Shown here in pieces: positions 18,724 to 28,442 of a stretch of 46,909 nt of DNA. Numbering within the stretch: the first letter of the stretch is position 1; every line of letters starts with the position of its first letter. This DNA comes from Acidobacteriota bacterium (GTDB lineage Bacteria; Acidobacteriota; Thermoanaerobaculia; Multivoradales; JAHEKO01): NCBI GenBank assembly GCA_030597375.1, contig JAUVRX010000003.1:1-46909 (forward strand). Direction: 5' to 3'. The position numbers were made by a program, and so were the translations under genes. Under the pieces are notes generated by a model. The model saw only the letters and a program-made list of their open reading frames with translations. It was not told the DNA's origin and searched no databases.

Positions 18724-19521
18724 TCAGGCGGCCTTGGGGAAGAGTCGGTAGAAGTTCCGAGTGCTCACCTGGCAGAAGTCTTCGTATCCCAGTTCCAGCT
18801 CCCCGGCCACACACCGGGCCACCTCGATCACATAGGCTGGCCGGTTCGGCTTTCCTCGATAGGGCACTGGCGCCAGGTAGGGAGTGTCCGTTTCGACGAG
18901 AATCCGGTCACGAGGAATGTGTGGCAGGACCTCTCGGACATTCTGTGCCCGCTCGAAGGTGACCATGCCCGAGAATCCAAGATAGAAACCCCTGCCAATC
19001 AGGTACGTCGCCAACTCGAGACCTGCGGCGAATGAGTGAAAGTCCCCTTCGAGCCCGTCGAAGCCTGGTTCCTGCAAGAGCTCCCACATCTCCTCATTGC
19101 TCTCGCGGTTGTGTACCACAACAGGAAGACCGTGTTCCAACGCCACTTCCCATTGCTCGCGCAGTGCCAACATCTGGGACTGCCTGTCAGACAGGTTGTA
19201 GTGGAAGTCAAGACCGCACTCCCCAACCGCCACGACCTTTGGATCCGCCAGAAGCTCAGACAATCGACTTCGGTGACCGCCAGACCATGAAGAGGCCTCG
19301 TGAGGGTGGACGCCGAGGGCGCACCAGACGTCTGTCTGATGATGGCAGAGATCCAATATCTCCTCTGCCTCCTCCAACCGCAGGGCTGGAATCAGAAACC
19401 CGGTAACCCCTCGGGATCTCGCCTCTTCGAGGGCCGCCTGACGTTGTGAAACCGTGAGGCTCTGCAAGTGGCAATGGGAATCGATGACCCGACCCGCACC
19501 ACCTGACGCTGGCGACGTCAC
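18724..19521 (-). CDS. tatD: TatD-family deoxyribonuclease
   Basis: IDSHCHL, GVHPH, VGECGLD, VHNRE, FHSF, ETDTPYLAP. Confidence 0.95.
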   Translation of the reverse strand: MTSPASGGAGRVIDSHCHLQSLTVSQRQAALEEARSRGVTGFLIPALRLEEAEEILDLCHHQTDVWCALGVHPHEASSWSGGHRSRLSELLADPKVVAVGECGLDFHYNLSDRQSQMLALREQWEVALEHGLPVVVHNRESNEEMWELLQEPGFDGLEGDFHSFAAGLELATYLIGRGFYLGFSGMVTFERAQNVREVLPHIPRDRILVETDTPYLAPVPYRGKPNRPAYVIEVARCVAGELELGYEDFCQVSTRNFYRLFPKAA

Positions 19522-19850
19522 TTGACCGGGGTACCGCTCGGCACCGGTTCCCCTGGTTGCAATAGCACCGGTTTCCCCTCCACTGAGGCCGCAAGCACCA
19601 TCCCTTGGGACTCGACACCCATCAGCTGGACGGGTTCCAGGTTCGTGACCACCACTACCTGTCTGCCCACGAGCTCCTCGGTGGAATACTGGCGGGCGAT
19701 TCCAGCCACCAGGACCCGACTCTCGCTGCCGAGATCGACGATCAGCTTCAGAAGCTTGTTCGAATTCGGAATCGGCTCGGCCCCGGTCACGGTCGCGACC
19801 TTGAGCTCGGATTGGAAGAACTGCTCGATGGTGATCGTAGACATGCTCAT
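19518..19850 (-). CDS. Stand-alone tRNA-binding OB-fold protein (MetRS C-terminal/Trbp111/CsaA-like)
   Basis: KLLKLIVDLG, LVAGI, NLEPVQLMGVESQGMVLAA; lies next to tatD as in metG-tatD operons. Confidence 0.9.
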   Translation of the reverse strand: MSMSTITIEQFFQSELKVATVTGAEPIPNSNKLLKLIVDLGSESRVLVAGIARQYSTEELVGRQVVVVTNLEPVQLMGVESQGMVLAASVEGKPVLLQPGEPVPSGTPVK

Positions 19851-19889
19851 GCTCCCTCCTCGAAACGGAGTGAGCTTACCAGACCACCT

Positions 19890-20594
19890 CTAGCAGATTC
19901 CCTGGCGACGCAACGAGGTCCACGCACCCCCGGCTCCCAGCACCAGATGGTCCACCAGGTGCAGACCCACGAGCTGCCCGGCCTCCACCATTCTGCGGGT
20001 AAAACCCAGGTCTTCAGCGCTGGGCGAGGGGTCTCCGCTCGGATGGGTATGAAACAAGACGATGCCGGCCGCGTCACGCAGGCGACCCTCCTTGAGGATC
20101 GCTCTCGGCTCCACGGCTGCTCGACTCAGAGTACCCCGATACAGCTCTGTTTCACCGATCAGACGATTTCGAGTGTCCAGGTAGAGAGCGCCCATCACCT
20201 CTTGACCTTTGAGGCTGTACCGAAGCTCCAGGTACGAGGCTACGGATTGGGGGTCCGTGAGCAGCTCGCGATCGGCCATTCGTGCCCGCGAGAAGCGCCG
20301 GGCGAGCTCCACCGCAGCCAGAAGTCCCGCCGCCTTGGCAGGCCCCAGCCCGGCCCTCTTCAAGACCAGGGGTCCGGCCCCCAGCAGACCGGTCAGACCT
20401 TCGCTGGTGCGTAAGAGGTCCCGTGCCAGCTCGAGCACAGACTTGCCGGGCTTGCCTGTCCGCAGAACAACCGCCACCAATTCCACGTCGGAAAGGGCCG
20501 CGCTTCCATTGTTGAGGAGGCGCTCGCGCGGCCGCTGATCCCTGGGCAACTCGCGCAGAAAGCTACTACGACCATCGGTTGGCTCAGATTCCAA
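19890..20594 (-). CDS. radC: RadC-family JAB/MPN-domain protein
   Basis: RPRERL, LSDVELVAVVLRTG, HhH GLGPAKA, HTHPSGDPSPSAED, LVDHLV. Confidence 0.95.
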   Translation of the reverse strand: MESEPTDGRSSFLRELPRDQRPRERLLNNGSAALSDVELVAVVLRTGKPGKSVLELARDLLRTSEGLTGLLGAGPLVLKRAGLGPAKAAGLLAAVELARRFSRARMADRELLTDPQSVASYLELRYSLKGQEVMGALYLDTRNRLIGETELYRGTLSRAAVEPRAILKEGRLRDAAGIVLFHTHPSGDPSPSAEDLGFTRRMVEAGQLVGLHLVDHLVLGAGGAWTSLRRQGIC

Positions 20595-20666
20595 TCTTCG
20601 AAGTCCTCGGGCCGTGGAGCGGCCCTTCTTGGATCAGTAGACGGAATCGGGAGCCGGATTCTTGCT

Positions 20667-21422
20667 TCAGCCCGCCAAGACGCTACCACCGTTGACGTTC
20701 AAGACCTCACCCGTGATGTGTCGAGCCAGTGGAGAGGCCAGGAAGACCACCGGCCCGGCAATGTCTTCGGGAGATGCCACCCTCTCGAGGGGAATCGCCT
20801 CTTCAATGGCCTCTCGCCCGCCGTCTTCGAACGCCTCGCGACAGAGCTCCGTGTCCACCCAGCCTGGAGCTACGGCGTTGACGCGAATCTGTGGTGCCAG
20901 CTCCGAGCTCCACGACTTCGTGGCCGAGATCACCGCGCCTTTGCTGGCAGCGTAGGGGCTGTACAAGGCCTCGCCCCTTTGCCCGGCTGTGGAGCTGATG
21001 TTGACGATGTTTCCGTCGTTCGACCTCTCGAAAAGCCGAATCGCCCGAGATGCACAAAGGAAGACGCCTCGCTCGTTGAGGGTCCAGGTCTCTTCGAGCA
21101 GTTGGAGATTCAGCTCTCTCAGCGGATTTTCAATCCAGATTCCGGCGTTGTTGACCAGACAATCGAGCTGGCCCCATGTCGCTTCGATAGCTTCGAACAG
21201 GCTGTCCACTCCTGCAGGCTCACCCAGATCGGCTGCCACCTTGAAATGGGGTTGGCTCGTCAGCCCCTCCAGGTCGCTCAAAACTGCAGCCGCTGCGTTC
21301 TCCTCAGCCCGATAGTGCACGCACACAGCTGCACCCACCTCGGCAAAGAGACGGCAACAGGCCGCTCCGATCCCCCGGCTACCGCCGGTGACCAGAACCC
21401 TGGAACCTTCGAGATCGATCAT
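20667..21422 (-). CDS. Short-chain dehydrogenase/reductase (FabG-like)
   Basis: TGGSRGIG, NNAG, YAASK, RVNAVAPG. Confidence 0.93.
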   Translation of the reverse strand: MIDLEGSRVLVTGGSRGIGAACCRLFAEVGAAVCVHYRAEENAAAAVLSDLEGLTSQPHFKVAADLGEPAGVDSLFEAIEATWGQLDCLVNNAGIWIENPLRELNLQLLEETWTLNERGVFLCASRAIRLFERSNDGNIVNISSTAGQRGEALYSPYAASKGAVISATKSWSSELAPQIRVNAVAPGWVDTELCREAFEDGGREAIEEAIPLERVASPEDIAGPVVFLASPLARHITGEVLNVNGGSVLAG

Positions 21423-22606
21423 GAGAAAGCCTCGACGACCATGGCGATTCCCTGACCACCACCGATGCAGGCCGAAGCCACTCCTCTCCCGCCGCCCCGG
21501 CGCCGCAGTTCCTTCAGAAGAGTCAGGACCAGACGGGTTCCGGTAGCACCCAATGGATGACCCAGGGCGATGGCACCGCCGTTGACGTTCAGTTTGCTCG
21601 TCTCCAGGTCCATCTCGCGAACGACAGCCACGATCTGTCCAGCGAAGGCCTCGTTGATCTCGAAAAGGTCCAGATCCCCCATCGAGAGCCCGGCGCGCTC
21701 GAGAGCGAGGGCGATAGCAGGGACCGGACCGATACCCATCCGAGAAGGCTCTACGCCTACAGTCGCCCAGGAGAGAATCCTCCCCAGCGGTGGATCGGAT
21801 CGACCCTGAACGCCCTCGTTGGTGGTCAACACCATCATGGCAGCTCCATCGACAATGCCGGACGCATTCCCCGCGGTCACAGAGCTCTCTTCACCAAACA
21901 CCGGCGGCAACGCCGCGAGCTCTTCCAGAGTCGTCTCGGGACGCAGATGCTCGTCGCGCTCTACCGTTCTTCGTCGCCTTCCCCTGCCGACCTCGACCGG
22001 CATGACTTCTTCGGCCAGGCGGCCACTCTCCCAGGCGGCCGCTGCACGCTCCTGGCTCTGCAGCGCGAACTCGTCCTGCTCCTGTCGACTGATCCCGTAG
22101 TCCTTTGCCAGGTTGTTGCTGGTCTGCGCCATGAAACAGCCGCAATAGGGATCGTAGAGCGACGCCATGAGCAGGTCTTCCAGCTTTCCCTGACCGAGGC
22201 GGAACCCCTTTCGCGCTCCCCAGATGCAGTGCGGAGCCTGCGTCATGTTCTCCATACCACCCACCAGGCAAGTGCTCGCCTCGCCCAGCAGGATGGCATG
22301 AGCGCCCGAAATGATCGACTGGATCCCCGAGCCGCAGAGGCGGTTGACGGTCAGCGCCGGCTTCGACTTCGGCACCTCCGCCTTGAGAGCCACGTGTCGG
22401 GCCCCGTAGATCGCATCGGTCGAAGTCTGCAGTGCGTTGCCAACGAAGGTGTGATCGATCGCCTCCGGATCAATTCCGGTCCGCCGCAGAGTCTCCTTGG
22501 CAGCCAGGACTCCAAGATCGAGGGCCGAGATATCGGCAAAGGACTGGCCGAACTCCGCCATCGGAGTCCGAACACCGTCCAGCAGTACCAGGTCTTTGAT
22601 CTCCAT
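21419..22606 (-). CDS. Acetyl-CoA C-acyltransferase (thiolase)
   Basis: VNRLCGSG, NEAFA, GHPLGATG, ACIGGGQG. Confidence 0.95.
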   Translation of the reverse strand: MEIKDLVLLDGVRTPMAEFGQSFADISALDLGVLAAKETLRRTGIDPEAIDHTFVGNALQTSTDAIYGARHVALKAEVPKSKPALTVNRLCGSGIQSIISGAHAILLGEASTCLVGGMENMTQAPHCIWGARKGFRLGQGKLEDLLMASLYDPYCGCFMAQTSNNLAKDYGISRQEQDEFALQSQERAAAAWESGRLAEEVMPVEVGRGRRRRTVERDEHLRPETTLEELAALPPVFGEESSVTAGNASGIVDGAAMMVLTTNEGVQGRSDPPLGRILSWATVGVEPSRMGIGPVPAIALALERAGLSMGDLDLFEINEAFAGQIVAVVREMDLETSKLNVNGGAIALGHPLGATGTRLVLTLLKELRRRGGGRGVASACIGGGQGIAMVVEAFS

Positions 22607-22621
22607 TTCGCAATCTCCCTT

Positions 22622-23821
22622 TCAGGATCGATCGGTCTCGACCCCCTGCTCGAAGTAGTTCGCCGGGTGGCCGGTCTGAAATACGACCGTACGCTCACCC
22701 GCTTGAATCAGGCCCTCGTCGACCAACTTCTCGAATCCCACCACGGCCGCCGCCCCTTCGGGCCCCAGCCATAGGCCCTCCTGGCTCGCGAACCGCGCTC
22801 GGGTCTCCACGACCTCCTGCTCGCCTACGGTCACAGCCGCCCCCCTGGTTTCCCGAAGCGCACCCAGGATCAGTGAGTCAGCCAGCGATCTGGGGACTCG
22901 AAGGCCCCACACCCGCGTCCGTGGCTCCTCCCACGGAACGGCTCGTTCCTCTCCTGACTGGAAGGCCCGCACGATCGGTGCAAAAGCTGCCATCTGGACC
23001 GCCGCCAATCGGGGTAGCCGGTCCTGCAAGAGGCCCAGCGCCTGGAGCTCCCGAAACGCCTTGTACATGGCGACGATTCCAGTGCCCCCTCCCGTCGGGT
23101 ACACGATCCAGTCGGGCGGGTCCCAGCCGAACTGCTCGACCACTTCGAGACCCATGGTCTTCTTGCCCTCGACCCTGTACGGTTCTCGGAAGGTCGAAAG
23201 ATCCCAAAAGCCATCCTCGAAGGCTTGCAGCTCCAAGGCGGAATCTACGAGGGTCGCTCCGCCGAGCAGCACGTCGGCACCAAACAAGCGGCAGCGATCC
23301 ACGATCCCACCCGGTGTATCGCTCGGCAGGGCCACCCTGCAGGGAAGGCCGGCGGCAGCGGCAAAGGCGGCAGTGGCGAGAGCGGCGTTTCCGGCGCTCG
23401 GCAGCTGAACACCCGGAGCTCCCAATTCGCGCGCCCGATTCACCGCCAGGGACAGCCCACGGTCCTTGAAGGAGCCGGTAGGATTTCCTGCCTCCTCTTT
23501 GAGCCACAGCTGTGTTCCTTCAGGCGAATGCCGAACGCGAATCAGAGGCGTTCCACCTTCCCCCAGGTCGATCCGATCGGCGAAGCGCTCTACCGGTAGC
23601 AGCTCCCGGTATCGCCAGAGACTCCAGGGCCTACCAGCCAACCGAGTCTTCAGAACCGCTCCTTTTTTCGGATCCAGATCGTAGGTAACCAGCCAGGGGA
23701 CCTCTTCATCGCTCGTCGGCGACTGCGCTCGCAGGTTCAAATGCCGCCCACTCTTCGACGAAACCAGATCTCTGGCCCAGGTCACCGCCGCAGACTGCTC
23801 GATTGACGTCGATGAGCTCAC
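22622..23821 (-). CDS. thrC: Threonine synthase-like PLP enzyme
   Basis: LWRYRELLP, LGEGGTPL, NPTGSFKDRG, SAGNA, EPYRVEGKKT, YPTGGGTG. Confidence 0.85.
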   Translation of the reverse strand: MSSSTSIEQSAAVTWARDLVSSKSGRHLNLRAQSPTSDEEVPWLVTYDLDPKKGAVLKTRLAGRPWSLWRYRELLPVERFADRIDLGEGGTPLIRVRHSPEGTQLWLKEEAGNPTGSFKDRGLSLAVNRARELGAPGVQLPSAGNAALATAAFAAAAGLPCRVALPSDTPGGIVDRCRLFGADVLLGGATLVDSALELQAFEDGFWDLSTFREPYRVEGKKTMGLEVVEQFGWDPPDWIVYPTGGGTGIVAMYKAFRELQALGLLQDRLPRLAAVQMAAFAPIVRAFQSGEERAVPWEEPRTRVWGLRVPRSLADSLILGALRETRGAAVTVGEQEVVETRARFASQEGLWLGPEGAAAVVGFEKLVDEGLIQAGERTVVFQTGHPANYFEQGVETDRS

Positions 23822-25077
23822 TTCGTCGCTTCCTCCATGGAGCGGTCCTTGGGCTTCGAGCTCTCAGCAGCTCGGCTCAGGGCCGCCTCGTAAGCCGATC
23901 GATACCGTCCAGCCACCACCTGCCAGGTGAGCTCTTCAGTGGCCTTCCGGCGGGCAGCAGCACCCATTCGAGCCCGCTCCGATGGTGACTCGAGAAGACG
24001 ACGTAAAGCCGCCAACAACTGCTCGGCGTTTTGTTCCTCTACGAGCAGGCCCTGTTCTCCATCGGTCACGGCCAAGGGGATACCGGATATCGCCGAAGCC
24101 ACAACCGGCAACCCGCTGGCCATGCCTTCGAGAATGACATTCGGCAACCCATCGACGTTTCCCTTGTCGTCATGAACGGCGGGCAGCACGAAGAGATCGG
24201 CCGCCCGATACAGATCGGGCAGTGTGTCTCGAAGGACCAGCCCCGGAAAGTGAACTCGATCGGACCACCCTGCGGAGCTCTGTCGGAACTCCTCCAGCCG
24301 GTCTCCACCACCGGCCAGCACGAGATGGAGCGCCGAGTTGCTCCCGAGGAGCTCCGGCAGCAACCGAAGCAATCCCTGAAACCCCTTCTTGGTGACCATG
24401 CGACCGACGCCCAGCGCCATGACTGCACCTGCCGGGAGGCCGAGCCTCTGGCGCCAGATCTCTCGTCTTTCGGGGTCCGGCTTGAAGAGATCCACATCGA
24501 CGCCGTACGGGATGACCTGTGCCCATGAGCGATCGAAACCCAACTGGCAGACGCGGTCCACAAGCTCCGGCGAGCAGCCCGTAACCAGGCGGGCCTTTCG
24601 CAGCGCCATCCTGACCCAGGGGCGGAGCATGGCTTTCTCCGCCATAAAGACATCGCTGCCGTGCAATCCCACCGCAACCGGGACCGCGATTCTCGTCAGA
24701 CCCGAAACTACGCCGTTGGGCACCACCCAATGAGCGTGTACCAGGTCGTACGATCCAGCCTCGAGCTCTCTGGTTACCGCCGCCCGAGCCGCCAACGCGT
24801 AGAGCGGCGCAACGGCGCCAGCGCCGACTCTTACCGTCTCGTCCGAGCTCAGGCTGCGGCTGTATCCGAGCACCTCCAGACGCTCTGGAGCATAGCGAAA
24901 GCTCCTGACCTCCACGCCGTCGTCGGTCCAGCCGGGAGCGACCCCCTCTGCATGAGGTGTGAGTACAGTCACTCGATCTCCACCCTGGACGAGGGCTCGC
25001 GCCAGATCCCGAATGAAGGGTCCTGCAGTGTCGCCTTCGAAGCGAGGATAGGTCTGGGTCAGAAAGAGAAGATTCAG
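23818..25077 (-). CDS. Glycosyltransferase family 4 (GT-B); probable start at CTG 25077
   Basis: HAHW, LHGSD, GRMVTKKG, DGLPNVILEGMASG. The GT4 first strand (LNLLFLTQTYPRFEGD) lies 35 codons upstream of the ORF-track start at 24972. Confidence 0.85.
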   Translation of the reverse strand: MNLLFLTQTYPRFEGDTAGPFIRDLARALVQGGDRVTVLTPHAEGVAPGWTDDGVEVRSFRYAPERLEVLGYSRSLSSDETVRVGAGAVAPLYALAARAAVTRELEAGSYDLVHAHWVVPNGVVSGLTRIAVPVAVGLHGSDVFMAEKAMLRPWVRMALRKARLVTGCSPELVDRVCQLGFDRSWAQVIPYGVDVDLFKPDPERREIWRQRLGLPAGAVMALGVGRMVTKKGFQGLLRLLPELLGSNSALHLVLAGGGDRLEEFRQSSAGWSDRVHFPGLVLRDTLPDLYRAADLFVLPAVHDDKGNVDGLPNVILEGMASGLPVVASAISGIPLAVTDGEQGLLVEEQNAEQLLAALRRLLESPSERARMGAAARRKATEELTWQVVAGRYRSAYEAALSRAAESSKPKDRSMEEATK

Positions 25078-25089
25078 GGCCGGCCTTCC

Positions 25090-26076
25090 CTACTCCACTC
25101 GCTCCTTGACTGAGTAGGTGTCAGTGCGATCGAAGTTCTTGAAGGTGATCATCTCGCCGATTAGACCGGTCGTGAGGACTTGAATTCCGAGCAGCATCAG
25201 CAACACTCCCAGCAGCAGAAGCGGACGGTTCGACAGGGTCTGGCCCGACAACCAGAGAACCGCCAGGTAGAGATTGATACCGAGACCAACGACAAGCGAG
25301 CTCAGGCCGATCATTCCGAACAGGTGCAGCGGCCGGCGCGTGTACTTGGTGATGAACAGAACCGTGATCAGGTCCAACAGCCCTTTGTAGTAACGATCCC
25401 AGCCGTACTTGCTGGTTCCGTGCTTCCTGGGATGATGGACAACAGACAGCTCACCCAGAGTGAACCCACGACGGCTGGCCAGGACAGGAATGTAGCGATG
25501 GAGCTCCCCGTACAGTGCGATCTCGTCCACTACCTCCCGCCGATAGGCCTTGTAACCGCAGTTGAAGTCATGAAGGTCCACATGAGCGAGCTTTCTCGTC
25601 ACCCAGTTGAACAGGCGCGACGGGTAGCGCTTCGAGACCGGATCCTGTCTCTGCTGCTTCCACCCCGAGACCAGATCCAGGTCCTCAGACTCCAGCTTCT
25701 CCAAGAAACGGGGGATCTCGTCCGGATCGTCCTGCAGGTCACCGTCCATCGTGATCAGAATGTCTCCTTGCGAGAAGTCGAAGCCGGCACACAGGGCCGC
25801 AGCCTTGCCGAAATTTCGTCTCAGGCTGACGAGCTTGACCCGCTCGTCGAGCTCGTGGGCCTCTTTGACCTGCTGTCGCGTTTCATCGGCAGAGCCGTCA
25901 TCCACGAAGACGATCTCGAACCGGAGCCCGAGCCGATCCAGGACCTCTGCGACTCGCTGCGCAAGCTCCATCACCGTATCGGCCTCGTTGAGGACCGGTA
26001 CGATGACGCTCACCTGGGGCTTGGCACCCTGTTGGTCTGCAACCTCCAGTGAGGTCGGAAGCGACTCTACTGTCAT
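25090..26076 (-). CDS. Glycosyltransferase family 2 (ArnC/DPM1-like polyprenyl-phosphate GT) with two C-terminal TM helices
   Basis: SVIVPVLNE, VDDGSAD, RNFGKAAAL, MDGDLQDDP, DFNCGYKAYR. Confidence 0.93.
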   Translation of the reverse strand: MTVESLPTSLEVADQQGAKPQVSVIVPVLNEADTVMELAQRVAEVLDRLGLRFEIVFVDDGSADETRQQVKEAHELDERVKLVSLRRNFGKAAALCAGFDFSQGDILITMDGDLQDDPDEIPRFLEKLESEDLDLVSGWKQQRQDPVSKRYPSRLFNWVTRKLAHVDLHDFNCGYKAYRREVVDEIALYGELHRYIPVLASRRGFTLGELSVVHHPRKHGTSKYGWDRYYKGLLDLITVLFITKYTRRPLHLFGMIGLSSLVVGLGINLYLAVLWLSGQTLSNRPLLLLGVLLMLLGIQVLTTGLIGEMITFKNFDRTDTYSVKERVE

Positions 26077-26141
26077 GGCTGGCTATTGTAGCAATGGCTC
26101 TTCAACAGGTAGGCGGCCGTCGGATTGCCGATGAATGACCT

Positions 26142-26864
26142 TCATCCGCCTGTGACTTCTGCCAGTCTGTCACGAACCACCTGCATGTCCTCCCAGGTGG
26201 GTCGTTTCAACGATGCATTTCGCAAGAGCGCAGCCGGGTGGTAGGTAACTCGCGTCTCGACGCCACGAACCCGATACCACTCGCCTCTCATCCGCCCCAA
26301 TGTGAGGTCGTTCCCCAGGAGGGTCTGGGCCGCTACCCGGCCCAGGAGAACGATGACCTTGGGCTCTATCAGATCGATCTGTTGCTCGAGGTATCGCCGG
26401 CATGACGCCACCTCTTCGGGCTGTGGATCCCGGTTTCCGGGCGGTCGGCACTTGACGATGTTGGCGATATAGACCGTCTCGCGCTCGAAGCCGATTGCCT
26501 GGATGATCTTGGTCAGCAGCTCCCCAGCCCGGCCGACAAATGGTAGCCCCTGCCGATCCTCTTCCGCTCCAGGTCCTTCGCCAATGAACATCAGGTCGGC
26601 GTCTGGATCTCCTGACCCGAACACCACCTTCTGGCGCCGCTGGCTGAGATTGCAGAGGCTGCAGGTCTGGGACTCTCTGGCGAGCTCAGCCAGGCGACTC
26701 TTCCGGTCTTCAGCATTCTCGCTGTGGACCTCGAGGCTCGCTTGCTCCTGCGGCCGAGATGCCCCTGCCAGGGATGTTCCCTGCGGAAGGTAGAGCTCCT
26801 CGAATCCGATCTCCTGCAGATACTCGAGAAGGTCATCCACCAGCGGTATCCATCCCTGGTTCAC
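26142..26864 (-). CDS. Uracil-DNA glycosylase family 4 (Fe-S)
   Basis: CSLC, IGEGPGAEED, PFVGRAG, KCRPPGNR, YHPA. Confidence 0.94.
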   Translation of the reverse strand: MNQGWIPLVDDLLEYLQEIGFEELYLPQGTSLAGASRPQEQASLEVHSENAEDRKSRLAELARESQTCSLCNLSQRRQKVVFGSGDPDADLMFIGEGPGAEEDRQGLPFVGRAGELLTKIIQAIGFERETVYIANIVKCRPPGNRDPQPEEVASCRRYLEQQIDLIEPKVIVLLGRVAAQTLLGNDLTLGRMRGEWYRVRGVETRVTYHPAALLRNASLKRPTWEDMQVVRDRLAEVTGG

Positions 26865-28080
26865 CCCCGTCGAGCTCCTGCCTGATCAGGTCGAGCAACC
26901 GAGCCGCAACCAATCTCTTGGCCTGGAGGGGAATGGTCAAAGGCGGTTTGCCGGCACGAAAGACCGTGACCTCGTTGTTCTCGGACCCAAAGCCGATGTC
27001 GCTCCGCGATACGTCGTTGGCGACGATCAGGTGTGCTCGCTTGTCCACCAGCTTTCGCCTGGCTTCGCTTTCGAGATTCCCGGTCTCGGCGGCGAAGCCC
27101 ACTCGCAAGGTGTTCGGCGCGATCTCCTGGAGGCGCGTCAGAATATCTGGAGTCGCCACCAGCGACATCCGAGGTGGACCGGCGCCCTTCTTCAGCTTGG
27201 TCTCAGAGGTGGATCGAGGCGTGAAGTCGGCCACCGCCGCCGCCATGATCACGACCTCAGCCTCCTGGGCCAGTCGATCGACGACATCGGCCATTTCGGC
27301 TGCGGTGGTGACGTCGAACCGCTCGACTCCCCTGGGAGTCGGAAGAGACACCGGGCCAGACACCAGCAGGGTTCTGGCCCCACGACTCGCTGCCTCGACC
27401 GCCAGGCTGAAGCCCATCTTGCCACTGGACCGGTTCGAGAGGAAGCGGACCGGATCGAGCGGCTCGTGAGTTGGGCCGGCTGTAATCAGCACGGTCCTGC
27501 CCTCCAGATCACCACCCTTCGCGGTCGCCTCGATTGCGGTCACGATCTCGTCGGGATCGGCCATTCGCCCCATCGCCGTTTCCCCGGTGGCCAACGGGCC
27601 GACGACAGGCCCAATCAGCGTCACACCCCGAGCCAGAAGGGTTGTCACATGGGCCTGCACCGCCTCCTTTTCCCACATCTCACTCGTCATGGCGGGTGCG
27701 ACGAGCAGATCCCCGGTGAAGGCCAGAGCCGTCGTGGCCAGGAAATCATCCGCCAGGCCGAGAGCCAGCCGAGCGAGGGTGTTGCATGTCGCCGGAGCCA
27801 CACAGAACACGTCGGCCCATCGCGCCGCACTGATATGGAGCTCGTCGCCGTTGTTGTCGGGCTGAAGATACTCTTCCCGGTAGACCGGATACTGGCTCAG
27901 CACTTCCAAGGTCAGGGGTGTGACGAAGGCGCCGGCGCTGCGAGTCATCGAGCAGCGAACCGCGTGCCCCTTGCGCCGCAGGCTACGGACGATTTCGGGG
28001 GCCTTGAATGCGGCGATTCCCCCGCTGACTCCAAGGAGAACTTTCACGGGCTCCCAAGTCCTCTTTTCGGCGACAGCCAC
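26833..28080 (-). CDS. coaBC: Bifunctional phosphopantothenoylcysteine decarboxylase/ligase
   Basis: GVSGGIAAFK, APATCN, PAM, TAGPTHEPLDPVRFLSNRSSGKMG, GFAAET. Confidence 0.96.
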   Translation of the reverse strand: MAVAEKRTWEPVKVLLGVSGGIAAFKAPEIVRSLRRKGHAVRCSMTRSAGAFVTPLTLEVLSQYPVYREEYLQPDNNGDELHISAARWADVFCVAPATCNTLARLALGLADDFLATTALAFTGDLLVAPAMTSEMWEKEAVQAHVTTLLARGVTLIGPVVGPLATGETAMGRMADPDEIVTAIEATAKGGDLEGRTVLITAGPTHEPLDPVRFLSNRSSGKMGFSLAVEAASRGARTLLVSGPVSLPTPRGVERFDVTTAAEMADVVDRLAQEAEVVIMAAAVADFTPRSTSETKLKKGAGPPRMSLVATPDILTRLQEIAPNTLRVGFAAETGNLESEARRKLVDKRAHLIVANDVSRSDIGFGSENNEVTVFRAGKPPLTIPLQAKRLVAARLLDLIRQELDGGEPGMDTAGG

Positions 28081-28145
28081 CTGTCAACCGTAACCCGCCC
28101 AGTGCACTGGATGGTCGCCACTGATGGCCTTTTCGGACAGAAATA

Positions 28146-28388
28146 CTACTCGGTCTCTTCAGCTGGCTCGGGCGCAGCTGGCTCCTCTTCTTCCACCACT
28201 AGCTCGGGCGCAGGGCCGAAGTCCCACTTCACCAGATCGTTGGCGATCTCGTGCATCGCGATCCGGGTAGCCTTCTTGCCTGGTATTTCCAGTTTCGGCT
28301 TGGCACCACGCAGCATCTGCTCAGCACGTTCAGACGCCAGCAGCACGAAACGGAACTTGCTATCGATTTTCTCGGGCATTCGATCCAT
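28146..28388 (-). CDS. rpoZ: RNA polymerase omega subunit
   Basis: IDSKFRFVLLASERAEQM, A..EI; sits in a gmk-rpoZ-coaBC cluster. Confidence 0.92.
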   Translation of the reverse strand: MDRMPEKIDSKFRFVLLASERAEQMLRGAKPKLEIPGKKATRIAMHEIANDLVKWDFGPAPELVVEEEEPAAPEPAEETE

Positions 28389-28442
28389 GATCAGAGCTCT
28401 CCTCGAACTTTACTGCTGAACTGACGACGGCGTACAAAGAGA

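Noticed and set aside
19890-20594. radC as a marker of a mobile element
   Set aside because: Full-length chromosomal form with HhH region, among housekeeping genes; no integrase, transposase or att sites.
25090-25092. Genome-wide TAG recoding or pyrrolysine use
   Set aside because: rimP, truB, rpsO, gmk, yicC, cmk, queG and radC all end in TAG at their expected C-termini, and there are no pyl genes in the window.
27031-28419. Long antisense/alternative-frame ORFs (e.g. 27031-28419 +, 8872-10173 -, 21557-22774 +, 16551-17828 -, 35591-36739 +)
   Set aside because: Shadow ORFs opposite well-identified genes, expected at high GC with codon bias; no recognisable motifs.
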